A DNA stretch of 64,000 nucleotides from a bacterium (GTDB taxonomy: Bacteria; Sysuimicrobiota; Sysuimicrobiia; Sysuimicrobiales; Segetimicrobiaceae), in the NCBI GenBank assembly GCA_035691305.1, contig DASSJF010000005.1, forward strand, positions 11,380-75,379, in the 5' to 3' direction. The notes under the pieces are model-generated. The model was not told the origin of the DNA, did not search any database, and was given only the letters and a program-made list of their open reading frames with translations. The position numbers were made by a program, and so were the translations under genes. Shown piece by piece: positions 54,588 through 64,000 of this stretch; positions within the stretch are counted from its first letter, which is position 1; each line of letters opens with the position of its first letter.

Positions 54588-56423
54588 GTGGCACAGGCCA
54601 TCCGAAACATCGCGATCATTGCGCACGTCGACCACGGCAAGACGACGCTCGTGGATGCGATGCTGCGGCAGAGCGGCACGTTCCGCGCCAACGAGACCGT
54701 GGTGGACCGCGTGCTCGACTCCAACGAATTGGAGCGCGAACGCGGTATCACCATCCTCGCGAAGAATACCGCCGTGTTCTATCAGGGCGTCAAGATCAAC
54801 ATCGTCGACACCCCGGGGCACAGCGACTTCGGGGGCGAGGTCGAGCGCGCGCTCAAGATGGTTGACGGGGTGATGCTGCTCGTCGACGCGAGCGAGGGGC
54901 CGCTGCCCCAGACGCGGTACGTGCTCGGCAAAGCGCTCGAGGCAGGGCTCCCGCCGGTCGTCGTCATCAACAAGATGGACCGGCCCGACGCGCGGGCGCC
55001 GCAGGTGCTGAACGAAATCTACGATCTGTTCATCGACCTCGACGCGGTAGAGGCTCAGCTCGACTTCCCCGTCCTGTACGCGAACGCCCGCGCCGGCACC
55101 GCCTCGCGCGCTCCGGCGGACCCGGGGATCGATCTGCGGCCCCTCTTCGACGCGATCGTTTCGACCGTGCCGGCGCCGGCCGGCGACGCCGCGGGGCCGC
55201 TGCAGGTGCTGGTGGCCAACCTCGATTACAGCGACTACCTCGGCCGCATTGCGATCGCGCGCGTCTTCAACGGCACCCTGCGGACCGGCGCCGACGCGGG
55301 CATCGCGAAGGTGGACGGCCGCGTCATCCGCACCCGCATCACGAAGCTGTTCTCGTTCAGCGGGCTGGATCGCATCGACATCGAGACGACCGACCTCGGC
55401 GACATCGTCGCGGTCGCCGGCGTCGAGGGGATCGCGATCGGCGACACGATCACCGACCCGGACACGCCGGCCCCGCTGGCGCGCGTCGCGATCGACGAAC
55501 CCACGATCGCGATCCAGTTCTGCGTCAACACGTCGCCGTTCGCGGGGCGCGAGGGGGCGTACGTGACGTCGCGCAACCTGCGCGAGCGGCTGGACAAGGA
55601 GCTCCTCACCAACGTCGCGCTGCGGGTCGCGGAAGGCGGGTCGCCGGACACCTTCGCCGTGATGGGGCGCGGCGAGCTGCAGCTTTCGATCCTGATCGAG
55701 ACGATGCGCCGCGAGGGCTACGAACTGATGGCGGGACGGCCGGAGATCGTGACGAAGGTGGTGGACGGCCGGGTGATGGAGCCGGTGGAACTGCTCTTCC
55801 TCGACGTGCCGGAGCAGTTCGTCGGCGCCGTGGTCGAGAAGCTCGGCCCGCGGAAGGCGGTCATGGTCAACATGCGCAACCACGGATCCGGGCGCGCGCG
55901 GCTGGAGTTCCGGATTCCGAGCCGCGGCCTGATCGGCCTGCGCGGCGAGCTGCTGACCGAGACCCGCGGCACGATCGTCATGAACTCACTCTTCGACGGG
56001 TACGTCCCCTGGAGCGGCGACATTCCCCGCCGCCCCACGGGCGCGCTCGTCGCCGACCGCCCGGGCGTCACCACCGCCTACGCGCTCTACAACCTGCAGG
56101 AGCGCGGCGACCTGTTCGTCGGCCCCGGCACCGAGGTATACGAGGGCATGGTCGTCGGCGAGCACGCGCGCGACAACGATCTCGACGTCAACGCGGTGCG
56201 CGAGAAAAAGCTCACTAACATCCGGTCGTCCACCGCCGACATCGCGGTCCGCCTTGTCCCGCCGCGCGCGCTGAACCTCGAGCAGGCGCTCGAGTTCATC
56301 GCGGACGACGAATTCGTCGAGATCACGCCGGCGGCGTTGCGCCTGAGAAAACGGGTCCTGCGGGCCAACCGGCGGCCGAAGCGGGACGAGGTGCCCGCCG
56401 GCACTCCCGCCGGACGGTCCTAA
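54588..56423 (+). CDS. typA: translational GTPase TypA/BipA
   Basis: 611 aa. [18 protein letters not shown]1 and DTPGHSDF G3 motifs. EF-G-like domains. Confidence 0.95.
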   Translation: MAQAIRNIAIIAHVDHGKTTLVDAMLRQSGTFRANETVVDRVLDSNELERERGITILAKNTAVFYQGVKINIVDTPGHSDFGGEVERALKMVDGVMLLVDASEGPLPQTRYVLGKALEAGLPPVVVINKMDRPDARAPQVLNEIYDLFIDLDAVEAQLDFPVLYANARAGTASRAPADPGIDLRPLFDAIVSTVPAPAGDAAGPLQVLVANLDYSDYLGRIAIARVFNGTLRTGADAGIAKVDGRVIRTRITKLFSFSGLDRIDIETTDLGDIVAVAGVEGIAIGDTITDPDTPAPLARVAIDEPTIAIQFCVNTSPFAGREGAYVTSRNLRERLDKELLTNVALRVAEGGSPDTFAVMGRGELQLSILIETMRREGYELMAGRPEIVTKVVDGRVMEPVELLFLDVPEQFVGAVVEKLGPRKAVMVNMRNHGSGRARLEFRIPSRGLIGLRGELLTETRGTIVMNSLFDGYVPWSGDIPRRPTGALVADRPGVTTAYALYNLQERGDLFVGPGTEVYEGMVVGEHARDNDLDVNAVREKKLTNIRSSTADIAVRLVPPRALNLEQALEFIADDEFVEITPAALRLRKRVLRANRRPKRDEVPAGTPAGRS

Positions 56424-56473
56424 GCGGTCGCGCTCCGGAGATGGAACCGGCGGGGTAAGTTTGTAGCGACCCC

Positions 56474-57748
56474 ATGTCCACCGCCCCGGAACGGGAAACG
56501 ATCGCCGCCGGCGGCCGTACGGTCGCGATTTCCAACCCGCGGAAAATCCTTTTTCCCGGTAGAGGGTACACCAAGCTGGACTTGGTGCGGTACTTCCTGG
56601 CCGTCGCCGGCGGCGCGCTGCGCGCGGCCGGCGGCCGGCCGAACATGCTGGTGCGCTACCCGAACGGCGTCGGCGGCGAGTTCTTCTTCCAGAAGCGCGC
56701 CCCCCGGTCGCGGCCGGATTGGATCGAGGTCGTCTCTCTCCGCTTTCCCTCCGGCCGTTCCGCCGACGAGGTGGTGCCGCGCGACGCCGCGGCGCTCGCG
56801 TGGATGGCCAACCTCGCCTGTCTCGAGCTCCACCCGCATCCGGTGCGGGCCGAGGACCTCGAGCACCCCGACGAGCTGCGTATCGATCTCGACCCGATGC
56901 CGGGCGTCGGCTGGCCGCAGGTCCGCGACGTGGCCCGGGTGGTGCGCGGCGCGCTGGAGGACTTCGGCATGACCGGCTGGCCGAAGACGTCCGGCGGCCG
57001 CGGGATGCACGTGCTCGTGCGGCTCGAGCCCCGCTGGACCTTCGACGAGGTCCGCCGCGCCGCCCTGGCCCTGGCCCGCGACGTCGAGCGCCGCGCGCCC
57101 TCGCTCGCGACCAGCAAGTGGTGGAAGGAAGAGCGCCACGGCGTCTTCATCGACTACAACCAGAACGCCAAAGACCGCACGGTCGCCGCGGCGTACTCCG
57201 TGCGGCCCACCGCCGATGCCCGCGTCTCCGCGCCGTTGTCGTGGGCCGATGTCGACGGCTGCGATCCGGGCGAGTTCACGCTGGCCACGATGCCGCGGCG
57301 CTTCGCCGCAGTCGGCGACCCGCACGCCGGCATCGACGAGTCGCCATGCCCGCTCTCCGCCCTCCTTGAGCTGTCCGCCCGCCACGAGCGCGACGGGCTC
57401 GGCGACGCGCCGTGGCCCCCGCACTATCGCAAGCAGGCCGGGGAGCCCGTCCGCGCGCAGCCATCCCGCCGCCGCGCGCCGGTGTTCCCGCTCATCGAGA
57501 TCGCGCGAGCGTATCGCAAGGACGACGCCGCCGCGGGGCTCGACCGCTGGCGGGCGCGCCATCCCGGCGCCGCGGCGTATCTTGCGCCCGACGACATTCT
57601 CGTCGACGCGATGCGGGGCCGCTCGACCACGTGGACGCGCATCCGGCTGAATTTGAGACACGTGCCGGAAACACTGCGCCCGGAGCACGAGCCCCCTGAT
57701 CCCGACGAAGTCCCGGCGTGGCCGGGGCGCCCGCCGGCGCCGCGCTAG
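56474..57748 (+). CDS. non-homologous end-joining DNA polymerase (LigD polymerase/primase domain protein) with C-terminal extension
   Basis: 424 aa. LigD-Pol/PrimPol-type core ([15 protein letters not shown]..., GRGMHV) of about 300 aa, plus an extra tail of about 120 aa. Confidence 0.75.
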   Translation: MSTAPERETIAAGGRTVAISNPRKILFPGRGYTKLDLVRYFLAVAGGALRAAGGRPNMLVRYPNGVGGEFFFQKRAPRSRPDWIEVVSLRFPSGRSADEVVPRDAAALAWMANLACLELHPHPVRAEDLEHPDELRIDLDPMPGVGWPQVRDVARVVRGALEDFGMTGWPKTSGGRGMHVLVRLEPRWTFDEVRRAALALARDVERRAPSLATSKWWKEERHGVFIDYNQNAKDRTVAAAYSVRPTADARVSAPLSWADVDGCDPGEFTLATMPRRFAAVGDPHAGIDESPCPLSALLELSARHERDGLGDAPWPPHYRKQAGEPVRAQPSRRRAPVFPLIEIARAYRKDDAAAGLDRWRARHPGAAAYLAPDDILVDAMRGRSTTWTRIRLNLRHVPETLRPEHEPPDPDEVPAWPGRPPAPR

Positions 57749-57764
57749 ACACCCGCGGCCCCGC

Positions 57765-58862
57765 CTAACGTCCGCGGGCGCCGAACACCTTCTCCAGCTC
57801 GAACGGCGGCGCGACCTCGAGCTGATCGTACCGGCACTCCGCCGGCCGCTTGTCGGACCGCCAGCGCAGAAACAGGGCCGCGTGCCGGAACCGTCGGCCC
57901 TGCAGGTGATCGTACTTGACCTCGCACACGCGCTCGACGCGCACCGGCTCCCAGGACAGATCCTTGCCGGCGCTCCACCGGCTCTGCCCGCCGGGCATGC
58001 GCACGAACTCTGCCGGGTCCGGGTTCGCCCACTCGCGCCACGGATGCTGCGCGAGGGCCTCCCGGCGCAGCGGCGCGAGCTCCTCGGCAAGCCGCCGGCG
58101 CGTCGCCATCGGAAACGCGGACGTGACGCCGACGTGGTGCAGCGCTCCGCTGTCGTCGTAGAGGCCCAGCAGCAGCGAGCCGACCGCGCCGACGCCGCTC
58201 TTGTGCCAGCGGAAGCCCGCCACGACGCAGTCCGCGGTCCGGGCGTGCTTGACCTTGACCATCGCCCGCTTGCCCGGCTGATAGGTCCCCCGCTCCGGCT
58301 TGGCGACGACGCCGTCGAGACCCGCCCCCTCGAACTCGCGCAGCCACACGGCCGCCGTCTCGCGATCGCGTGTGACCGGCGTGAGGTAGATCGGCCGCGC
58401 CGCGGCGCGGAGGAGCCGCTCGAGCTGCGCGCGGCGATCCGCCTGCGGCGCCGTTCGGATGTCGCGGCCGCCGGCCGCGAGCGCGTCAAACGCCACGAAC
58501 GCCGCGGGCGTGACCGTCGCCAGCATGGCGACGCGGGATGCAGCCGGATGCAGCCGCAGCTGCAGCGCCTCGAAATCCAGTCCGCGGACCGTCACGATGA
58601 CGATTTCGCCGTCGAGCACGCACCCCGGGCCCAGTTGGGCGAGAAATGCCTCGCGCAGCTCCGGAAAGTACCGGTCGAGGGGCCGCAGATCGCGGCTCTG
58701 GATGAAGACCTCGTCGGCACCGCGGAAGACGAGGGCGCGAAAGCCGTCCCACTTGGGCTCGTACAGCCATCCGGACCCATCGGGCAGCGTCCCGGCGGAC
58801 GCGGCCAGCATCGGCTCGACCGGCGGCGCGATCGGAAACGCGGAAGGGTTGGGGACATTCAC
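57765..58862 (-). CDS. ATP-dependent DNA ligase (LigD ligase domain protein)
   Basis: 365 aa. EPKWDGFR adenylation motif I (KxDG) and an OB-fold C-terminus. Convergent with the Pol gene, ends 17 nt apart. Confidence 0.85.
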   Translation of the reverse strand: MNVPNPSAFPIAPPVEPMLAASAGTLPDGSGWLYEPKWDGFRALVFRGADEVFIQSRDLRPLDRYFPELREAFLAQLGPGCVLDGEIVIVTVRGLDFEALQLRLHPAASRVAMLATVTPAAFVAFDALAAGGRDIRTAPQADRRAQLERLLRAAARPIYLTPVTRDRETAAVWLREFEGAGLDGVVAKPERGTYQPGKRAMVKVKHARTADCVVAGFRWHKSGVGAVGSLLLGLYDDSGALHHVGVTSAFPMATRRRLAEELAPLRREALAQHPWREWANPDPAEFVRMPGGQSRWSAGKDLSWEPVRVERVCEVKYDHLQGRRFRHAALFLRWRSDKRPAECRYDQLEVAPPFELEKVFGARGR

Positions 58863-58928
58863 AGCACGATGATACCCGCCCGCACGGCGGCCCGCCCGCG
58901 TGGGTTCTCCAGCCTGCGCCGCGGCGGG

Positions 58929-59639
58929 TTAGGCGGCGGCGATCCGCCGCACGAACGCGGCGGCGACATGTCCCAGGTCCCGGCCGATCTCAAGGTCGGA
59001 GCGGCGGGTACCGCGCACGTGAAAGGAATGGTCGGCGTCCGGGACCGCGTGCAGCCGGGCGAGCGGCCCCAGCCGCCGGACCACGTCCTCGATGAGCGCG
59101 AATTCGGCCAGTGCGTCCCTCGTCCCCTGAATGAAGAGCACCGGCACCCGGATCTGCGGGAGGTGTGCGTCCCGGAGCCGCTCCGGTTTCCCCGGGGGGT
59201 GCAGCGGATAGCCGAAAAAGACGAGCGCCTTGCCGGAAAACGCCGGCCCGTCCTCGGCCGCGAGCATAGAGGCCATCCGCGCGCCCATCGACTTGCCCGC
59301 CGTGATCATCGGCAGACCGGCGCCGCGGCGCGAGAGCTCATCGATCGCCGCGCGCCATGCGCCGAGCAGGACCGGCGTCCGGTCCGGCACACGCCGGCGG
59401 GCCTCCATGTACGGGAAGTTGAACCGCAGGACAGAGACACCGTCGTCCGCCATCGCCGCCGCCGTACCGGCCAGGAACGGATGCGTGAGGCCGGCTCCGG
59501 CGCCGTGGGCGACCGCCGCCGCGGCGACCGGCTGTGCCGCGGGCGTCCACACGGCGGAGACCCTACCGTCGGGAACCGAAAACTGCAGCCGCTCCCCCTC
59601 GCCCGTCACGTCGCGCCTCCAGGCCCGGCCGCGCGCCAC
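58929..59639 (-). CDS. alpha/beta hydrolase (dienelactone-hydrolase/TEX30-like)
   Basis: 236 aa. GKSMGARMA nucleophile elbow and a C-terminal DxxH. Confidence 0.65.
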   Translation of the reverse strand: MARGRAWRRDVTGEGERLQFSVPDGRVSAVWTPAAQPVAAAAVAHGAGAGLTHPFLAGTAAAMADDGVSVLRFNFPYMEARRRVPDRTPVLLGAWRAAIDELSRRGAGLPMITAGKSMGARMASMLAAEDGPAFSGKALVFFGYPLHPPGKPERLRDAHLPQIRVPVLFIQGTRDALAEFALIEDVVRRLGPLARLHAVPDADHSFHVRGTRRSDLEIGRDLGHVAAAFVRRIAAA

Positions 59640-59717
59640 ACTTCATCCGGCGGTGTACCGTCGCTCCGGTACAATGCGGCGCGGAGACGGAACGGGTCAC
59701 CCCGTGGGGAGGCGCGC

Positions 59718-60035
59718 ATGACAATTACCGTGTTCATCCGCTACCGACTCGATCCATTCAAGCGGGAGGCGTTCGAGGCATACGCGCGGCGCTGGCTCTC
59801 GCTCATCCCGAAATGCGGCGGCGACCTCGTCGGCTACTGGATGCCGCACGAGGGGACCAACGACGTCGCCTACGGCCTGATCTCGTTCGAGAGCCTGGCG
59901 GCGTACGAGGCGTACCGGGCGCGCCTCCGCGCCGACGGCGACGCCGCGGCGAACCTCCGGTTCGCCGAGGAGCAGCGCTTCGTCCTACGGGAGGAGCGCA
60001 CATTCCTGAGGCTCGTGGCTCCGCAGGGAGAGTAA
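59718..60035 (+). CDS. NIPSNAP/Dabb-type small alpha+beta barrel protein
   Basis: 105 aa. ATG with GGGGAGG SD. Lies inside a 717-aa alternate-frame artefact ORF. Confidence 0.55.
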   Translation: MTITVFIRYRLDPFKREAFEAYARRWLSLIPKCGGDLVGYWMPHEGTNDVAYGLISFESLAAYEAYRARLRADGDAAANLRFAEEQRFVLREERTFLRLVAPQGE

Positions 60036-60084
60036 CCATCGACTTCGAAACATCGGTTACTCGGTCACGACGCGGGGGCGTAGC

Positions 60085-60900
60085 ATGGGATTCCGCCGGC
60101 ACCGTTGGAAGATGCTCTTGGCCGCCGCGGCTCTCGCGGCGGCGGCGGCGGGACCGCCGGCGTCCGCCCAGCCGGGCCCGGACCTCTATCAGGCGACGGT
60201 CATCGTCACGGGCAAGGACGCGCGCAGCCGGCCGATCGGCTTCGCGGAAGCGCTGCGCAAGGTACTCGTCAATCTCACCGGCGAGCCGCGCCTGCACGAC
60301 GACGCGAGGGTCTCGGCGATGGCCGCGCGCGCCGGCGCGGCCGTGGCCTCATTCTCCTACATCGACCGGATGGCGGGCCGGCCGGTTCACGACGAACAGG
60401 GCACCCGCGACCGGCCCTTCAACCTCACCGTGAAGTTTGTCCCGGCGCGGGTCGACAAGATGCTCGGGGACCTCGGACAGCATGCCTGGACCGGGGCACG
60501 GCCGGTGGTCGTGCCCGTCCTCGCCGTCGCGATCGGGCCCACGTCGTATCGGCTGAGCGCTGAGACTCAGCACGGGACCGAGCAGCGGGCGTCCTTTGCC
60601 GACATGGCACGCGACTTCGACTTGACGGTGCGGTTCCCGAGCGAGGCCGATTTCGCCGCCTGGGGCGTCGGGACCACCGGCTTCCCCGCGCCCCCGGCGG
60701 CCACCGCCCCAAACGAAGCGCGCGTCGCGGGCACCCTCCGCTTCGACGAGTCGCTGCCGGGGTGGGTCGGATCCTGGCGCTGGCGGTGGCACGGCTCGGA
60801 CTATGCGTGGAGAACGAAGGGCGTCAGCTTCGACGAGGCGTTCCGCGACATCTGCCGGGGCGTCCTCCGCGTGGCGTCGGGGCACGGCGCCCCGGATTGA
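60085..60900 (+). CDS. hypothetical secreted protein
   Basis: 271 aa with signal peptide MLLAAAALAAAAAGPPASA. No recognised motifs. Confidence 0.4.
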   Translation: MGFRRHRWKMLLAAAALAAAAAGPPASAQPGPDLYQATVIVTGKDARSRPIGFAEALRKVLVNLTGEPRLHDDARVSAMAARAGAAVASFSYIDRMAGRPVHDEQGTRDRPFNLTVKFVPARVDKMLGDLGQHAWTGARPVVVPVLAVAIGPTSYRLSAETQHGTEQRASFADMARDFDLTVRFPSEADFAAWGVGTTGFPAPPAATAPNEARVAGTLRFDESLPGWVGSWRWRWHGSDYAWRTKGVSFDEAFRDICRGVLRVASGHGAPD

Positions 60901-60950
60901 CGGCGCCGCGCACGGAAGGCGGTCGGCGTCCGCGCGGCTAAGAGGCACCC

Positions 60951-61766
60951 ATGATCATCGCGCTCGCGTCGCCGCGTCCCGCGTCGACGCTCGAGGACGG
61001 GCTGGAGAGGGTCCGGCGCCTGATGTCGGACGCGTCATCGAAGGGCGCCCGCGTCGTCTGCTTCCCCGAGGCGTATCTTCCGGGGCTCCGCGGTCAGGAC
61101 TTCGAGGTGGCGCCGTTCGATGCGGCAGCCGAGGCACGGATGCTGAGCGCGGTCGCCGGCTGGGCCAAGACGTTTGCCCTGACCACGATCCTCGGCATGG
61201 AACACGTGAGCGCCGCGGGCCGGCAGATCGCCGCCCGGGTCATCGGCGCGGACGGCCGCCTTCAAGGATGTCAGACGAAGACCCAGCTCGACCCGAGCGA
61301 GGACCGTTTCTACGTGCCGGGTGCCGGGCGGCAGCTGTTCGAGGCCGACGGGACGGCGTTCGGCGTGGCCATCTGTCACGAGGCGTGGCGTTACCCCGAG
61401 ACGGTCCGGTGGGCCGCGGTCCGCGGCGCCAAGATCGTCTTTCACCCGCAACACACCGGCACCGAGCGCGCCGGCGTCCGTCTGACGCGCTGGGGCGATC
61501 CGGGCGCCCCCTACTACGAGAAGGCGATGATGCTGCGCGCGCTCGAGAACACAATCTACTTCGCCAGCGTCAACTACGCGGTGCGATTCCAGGAGTCGGC
61601 GACCAGCCTCATCGGACCCGACGGCGAGTGCGAGGGCCATCTGCCGTACGGCGACGAAGGCGTGCTGGTCCGGCGGATCGATCTGAACCGGGCGACGGGC
61701 CTGCTGGCCCGCCGGTTCGCCCCGGAACGCTACGAAGACGTCACGGCGGCGGCGCGTCCCCGCTAG
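60951..61766 (+). CDS. carbon-nitrogen hydrolase family protein (nitrilase/amidase superfamily)
   Basis: 271 aa. Catalytic E (CFPEAYLPG), K (QTKTQLD) and C (AICHE) triad pattern. Confidence 0.8.
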   Translation: MIIALASPRPASTLEDGLERVRRLMSDASSKGARVVCFPEAYLPGLRGQDFEVAPFDAAAEARMLSAVAGWAKTFALTTILGMEHVSAAGRQIAARVIGADGRLQGCQTKTQLDPSEDRFYVPGAGRQLFEADGTAFGVAICHEAWRYPETVRWAAVRGAKIVFHPQHTGTERAGVRLTRWGDPGAPYYEKAMMLRALENTIYFASVNYAVRFQESATSLIGPDGECEGHLPYGDEGVLVRRIDLNRATGLLARRFAPERYEDVTAAARPR

Positions 61767-62209
61767 CGCCCACGGGCGCCGCCGGCGCGCGCTGCGATGA
61801 TTTCGTCGCACCGGCGGCTCGACATCGCGAAGTACTCCTTCCACGCGACCCCGATCGCGCGGCACAGCAGTTTCTCAACCGCGTCCGCGACCTGGTGCTG
61901 CTCGTAGTACGGACAATCGAGCTCGTCGCCGTACTCGTCGCTGTCCGGATGGGCGGCGTGAAACTCGTCCGCCGCCCGCTGGGTCACGCCTTGCCGAACG
62001 CACAAGAACAGCTCGACGAGCTCGTGAATGGCGATGAGCCACGCCGCGTAGTTGGCTTCCCCGCCGAATTTCGGTACGCTGATGCGGACGGCCACGCCGT
62101 CCGGACGCTCCTCGTACTCCCAATCGCCCAACGTGTCGTACCGGAACTGCGCGTCGTCCACCTGGGCGATTGCAATCGTGAACGGGCGTCCATCGAGGCG
62201 CTCGCTCAT
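61763..62209 (-). CDS. hypothetical protein (148 aa)
   Basis: Acidic and Cys-containing (DCPYYEQH, HELVELFLC). Convergent 4-nt overlap with the CN-hydrolase stop. No family recognised. Confidence 0.35.
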   Translation of the reverse strand: MSERLDGRPFTIAIAQVDDAQFRYDTLGDWEYEERPDGVAVRISVPKFGGEANYAAWLIAIHELVELFLCVRQGVTQRAADEFHAAHPDSDEYGDELDCPYYEQHQVADAVEKLLCRAIGVAWKEYFAMSSRRCDEIIAARAGGARGR

Positions 62210-62384
62210 CTGATTTGGACCCGGCCGATGCGGTTCATGCCGCTGCCCGCAATCTCCAACGCGCTGCCGTCCGGTGTGTGCACCATGTTCCGCACCACCC
62301 TTCCTCCCGACGGAATGACCACGTCACGGCGCTCCCTCAGTCCGCGGCCGGGCTCGGCATAGCTCGGATCGTCCGGCGGGCTCT

Positions 62385-63296
62385 TTACTCTTTCTTTGCC
62401 GCGTGATACTCGCGGCGTATGTGTTCGATATCGACGGCCGGTTTAGGGTAGCCCATCCGAAGGTCCTCCAGATGCTCCACCACAATCCGGGCGACCGCGA
62501 GATTCCGAAACCACTTGTGGCCGGCGGGAACCAGGAACCACGGCGCGTACTCGGTGCTGCAGCGGGACAAGGCATCCTCATACGCCGCCATGTAGTCGTC
62601 CCAGAATTTGCGCTCCGCATAGTCCGCCTCGCTGATCTTCCACCGCTTGGCCGGATCGTCCAGGCGGTCCTGGAATCGCGCCAATTGCTCTTCCTTCGAG
62701 ATGTGCAGGTAGAACTTGAGAATGTGGGTGTCCTGGTCGGCGAGGCCGCGTTCGAACGCGTTGATCCGGTCATAACGAACGGACCAGACGTCCTTCGGCA
62801 CCAAGTTGTGGACCCGCACCACCAGCACATCCTCGTAGTGGGAGCGGTTGAAGACGACGACCTCCCCCCGGGCGGGGACCGCGCGGTGGATCCGCCAGAG
62901 AAAATCGTGCGCCAGTTCTTCGGAGGTGGGCGCGTGAAAGACCGCTACCCGGCAGCCCTGCGGGTTCATCGCGCTCAGCACGTGATTGATCGTTCCATCC
63001 TTGCCTCCGGTATCCATCCCCTGGAGACAAATCAGGAGCGAGCGGCGGCGTTCCGCGTACAGCAGGTCCTGAAGTTCGCGCAACCGTTTCCGATAGTGTT
63101 CGAGTTCGTCGGCGGCGTCCCGACGGTGCGCGTAGCGGTCCTTGAACGCGGGGTCGATCTCGTTCAGCTTCACCCGGGTTCCCGGCGCCACTCGGAATCG
63201 CTCGCGGTAGTTCAGCTGGCTCCTCCATATTCTCGAGGGTCGGCAGTGATCGAAGGAGTGCGCAGCGCAGGACTGAAATTCAGCCTCATTCGCCAC
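62385..63296 (-). CDS. ppk2: polyphosphate kinase 2 family protein (polyphosphate:nucleotide phosphotransferase)
   Basis: 303 aa. LLICLQGMDTGGKDGTI Walker A of the PPK2 family. Lid region ...FNRSHYEDV. Confidence 0.85.
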   Translation of the reverse strand: MANEAEFQSCAAHSFDHCRPSRIWRSQLNYRERFRVAPGTRVKLNEIDPAFKDRYAHRRDAADELEHYRKRLRELQDLLYAERRRSLLICLQGMDTGGKDGTINHVLSAMNPQGCRVAVFHAPTSEELAHDFLWRIHRAVPARGEVVVFNRSHYEDVLVVRVHNLVPKDVWSVRYDRINAFERGLADQDTHILKFYLHISKEEQLARFQDRLDDPAKRWKISEADYAERKFWDDYMAAYEDALSRCSTEYAPWFLVPAGHKWFRNLAVARIVVEHLEDLRMGYPKPAVDIEHIRREYHAAKKE

Positions 63297-63315
63297 TCAT
63301 CGCTCGGAGGTCGGC

Positions 63316-64000
63316 ATGGCCCCCAAGACGCGCTTCGGCATCTGCACAGACCAGAACCTGCCGTGGCCTACGCTCGTCGAACGCTGGCAGCACTTCGAGC
63401 GCCTCGGCTTCGACAGTGTCTGGGATTGCGACCACCTGAACCAGCCGAGCAACCCTACCGGCCCCTACTACGAGGGATGGACGCTGCTCGCCGCCCTGGC
63501 GGCGCGCACGGAACGGATCCGCGTCGGCGTCCTCGTGAGCTGCAACACCTTCCGCCACCCCGGCCTGCTGGCCCAAGAGGCGATCACGGTCGACCACATT
63601 TCGAACGGCCGGCTCGAGCTGGGCTTCGGGGCCGGATGGTTCGTCCCCGAGCATGAGCGGTTCGGCATCCCCTTTCCGCCGAGCGCCGCGATGGTCGTCC
63701 GTTTCCGCGAGGCGGTGCAGGTGCTCGACAGCCTCCTGCGCAACGAGACGACGACCTTCGCCGGCAAACACTACCGGCTTCAGGAGGCCCATGTGCGGCC
63801 GCGGCCGGTGCAGCGGCCGCGGCCGCCGCTCACGCTCGGGGCCCACGGGCCGCGAATGCTTCGGATCTGCGCCGAGTACGCGGACGCTTGGAACTCGTTC
63901 GGCACGGTGGAGGAGATTCGCGAGCGCAACCGGATTCTGGATGAGCACTGCGCGGCGATCGGGCGGGATCCCAAGGACATCCGGCGGTCGTTTTACGGAT
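63316..64000 (+). CDS. LLM-class (luciferase-like) F420/flavin-dependent oxidoreductase, 5' part (3' end outside window)
   Basis: ATG 63316 with GGAGG SD. MAPKTRFGICTDQNLPWPTLVERWQHFERLGFDSVWDCDHL... is typical of the LLM TIM barrel. Not in the ORF track because no stop lies within the window. Confidence 0.8.
   Translation, partial: MAPKTRFGICTDQNLPWPTLVERWQHFERLGFDSVWDCDHLNQPSNPTGPYYEGWTLLAALAARTERIRVGVLVSCNTFRHPGLLAQEAITVDHISNGRLELGFGAGWFVPEHERFGIPFPPSAAMVVRFREAVQVLDSLLRNETTTFAGKHYRLQEAHVRPRPVQRPRPPLTLGAHGPRMLRICAEYADAWNSFGTVEEIRERNRILDEHCAAIGRDPKDIRRSFYG

Noticed and set aside
62207-62420. Short minus-strand frame ending ...MVHTPDGSALEIAGSGMNRIGRVQIR-TGA that overlaps the ATG of 61763..62209 as ATGA
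   Set aside because: It is in a different frame from PPK2 and only 26 codons from its first ATG. It has no SD and no homology signal. Most likely chance. Its ATGA junction with the downstream gene was noted but is insufficient evidence.
1-64000. Search for tRNA/rRNA genes, CRISPR repeats, IS elements, integrases and prophage genes
   Set aside because: No cloverleaf-compatible T-loop (GTTCRANYC) in any intergenic gap. No repeat-spacer arrays. No transposase, integrase or phage structural motifs among the ORFs. The window appears to be ordinary chromosome with some accessory metabolic genes.

Overview
This is a high-GC (about 70% by eye) bacterial chromosomal segment with roughly 60 protein-coding genes. 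I found no rRNA or tRNA genes, no CRISPR array and no transposase or integrase genes. Most genes are recognisable: a hydantoinase A/B pair, pgi-zwf-glucose-1-dehydrogenase, gamma-glutamyltransferase, cspA, typA, acetoacetyl-CoA synthetase, a PASTA Ser/Thr kinase, split LigD polymerase and ligase genes, PPK2, three LuxR-type two-component pairs, and many peptidases and amidohydrolases. The taxonomic flavour (PASTA kinase, F420-type LLM oxidoreductase, separate LigD domains, frequent GTGA/ATGA gene overlaps) suggests Actinobacteria or Chloroflexi, but I cannot be certain.

The most unusual observations are:
(1) A TlpA/ResA-family thioredoxin-like gene directly upstream of ccdA is interrupted by a single in-frame TGA exactly at the first Cys of the WCxxC active site. 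It is therefore a candidate UxxC selenoprotein, or else a very recent pseudogene.
(2) A translationally coupled copper-acquisition operon encodes a YcnI-like protein, a CopC-CopD-YtkA fusion (YcnJ-like), a small HxH lipoprotein and an uncharacterised two-TM Pro-rich protein. A clear paralog of that last protein lies 4.6 kb away, tightly coupled to a CPBP intramembrane protease.
(3) A 7TM-HD-GYP phosphodiesterase is fused to a HisKA_3 histidine kinase and paired with a LuxR response regulator.
(4) A sigma-B/sigma-F-type promoter precedes a STAS anti-sigma-factor antagonist and a small low-GC ORF.
(5) A long, tightly coupled minus-strand operon is headed by a solitary xanthine-dehydrogenase-family Mo subunit, followed by a NitT/TauT-type ABC transporter and an alpha/beta hydrolase.

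Many long ORFs in the six-frame track are alternate-frame artefacts of GC-rich DNA and were rejected.
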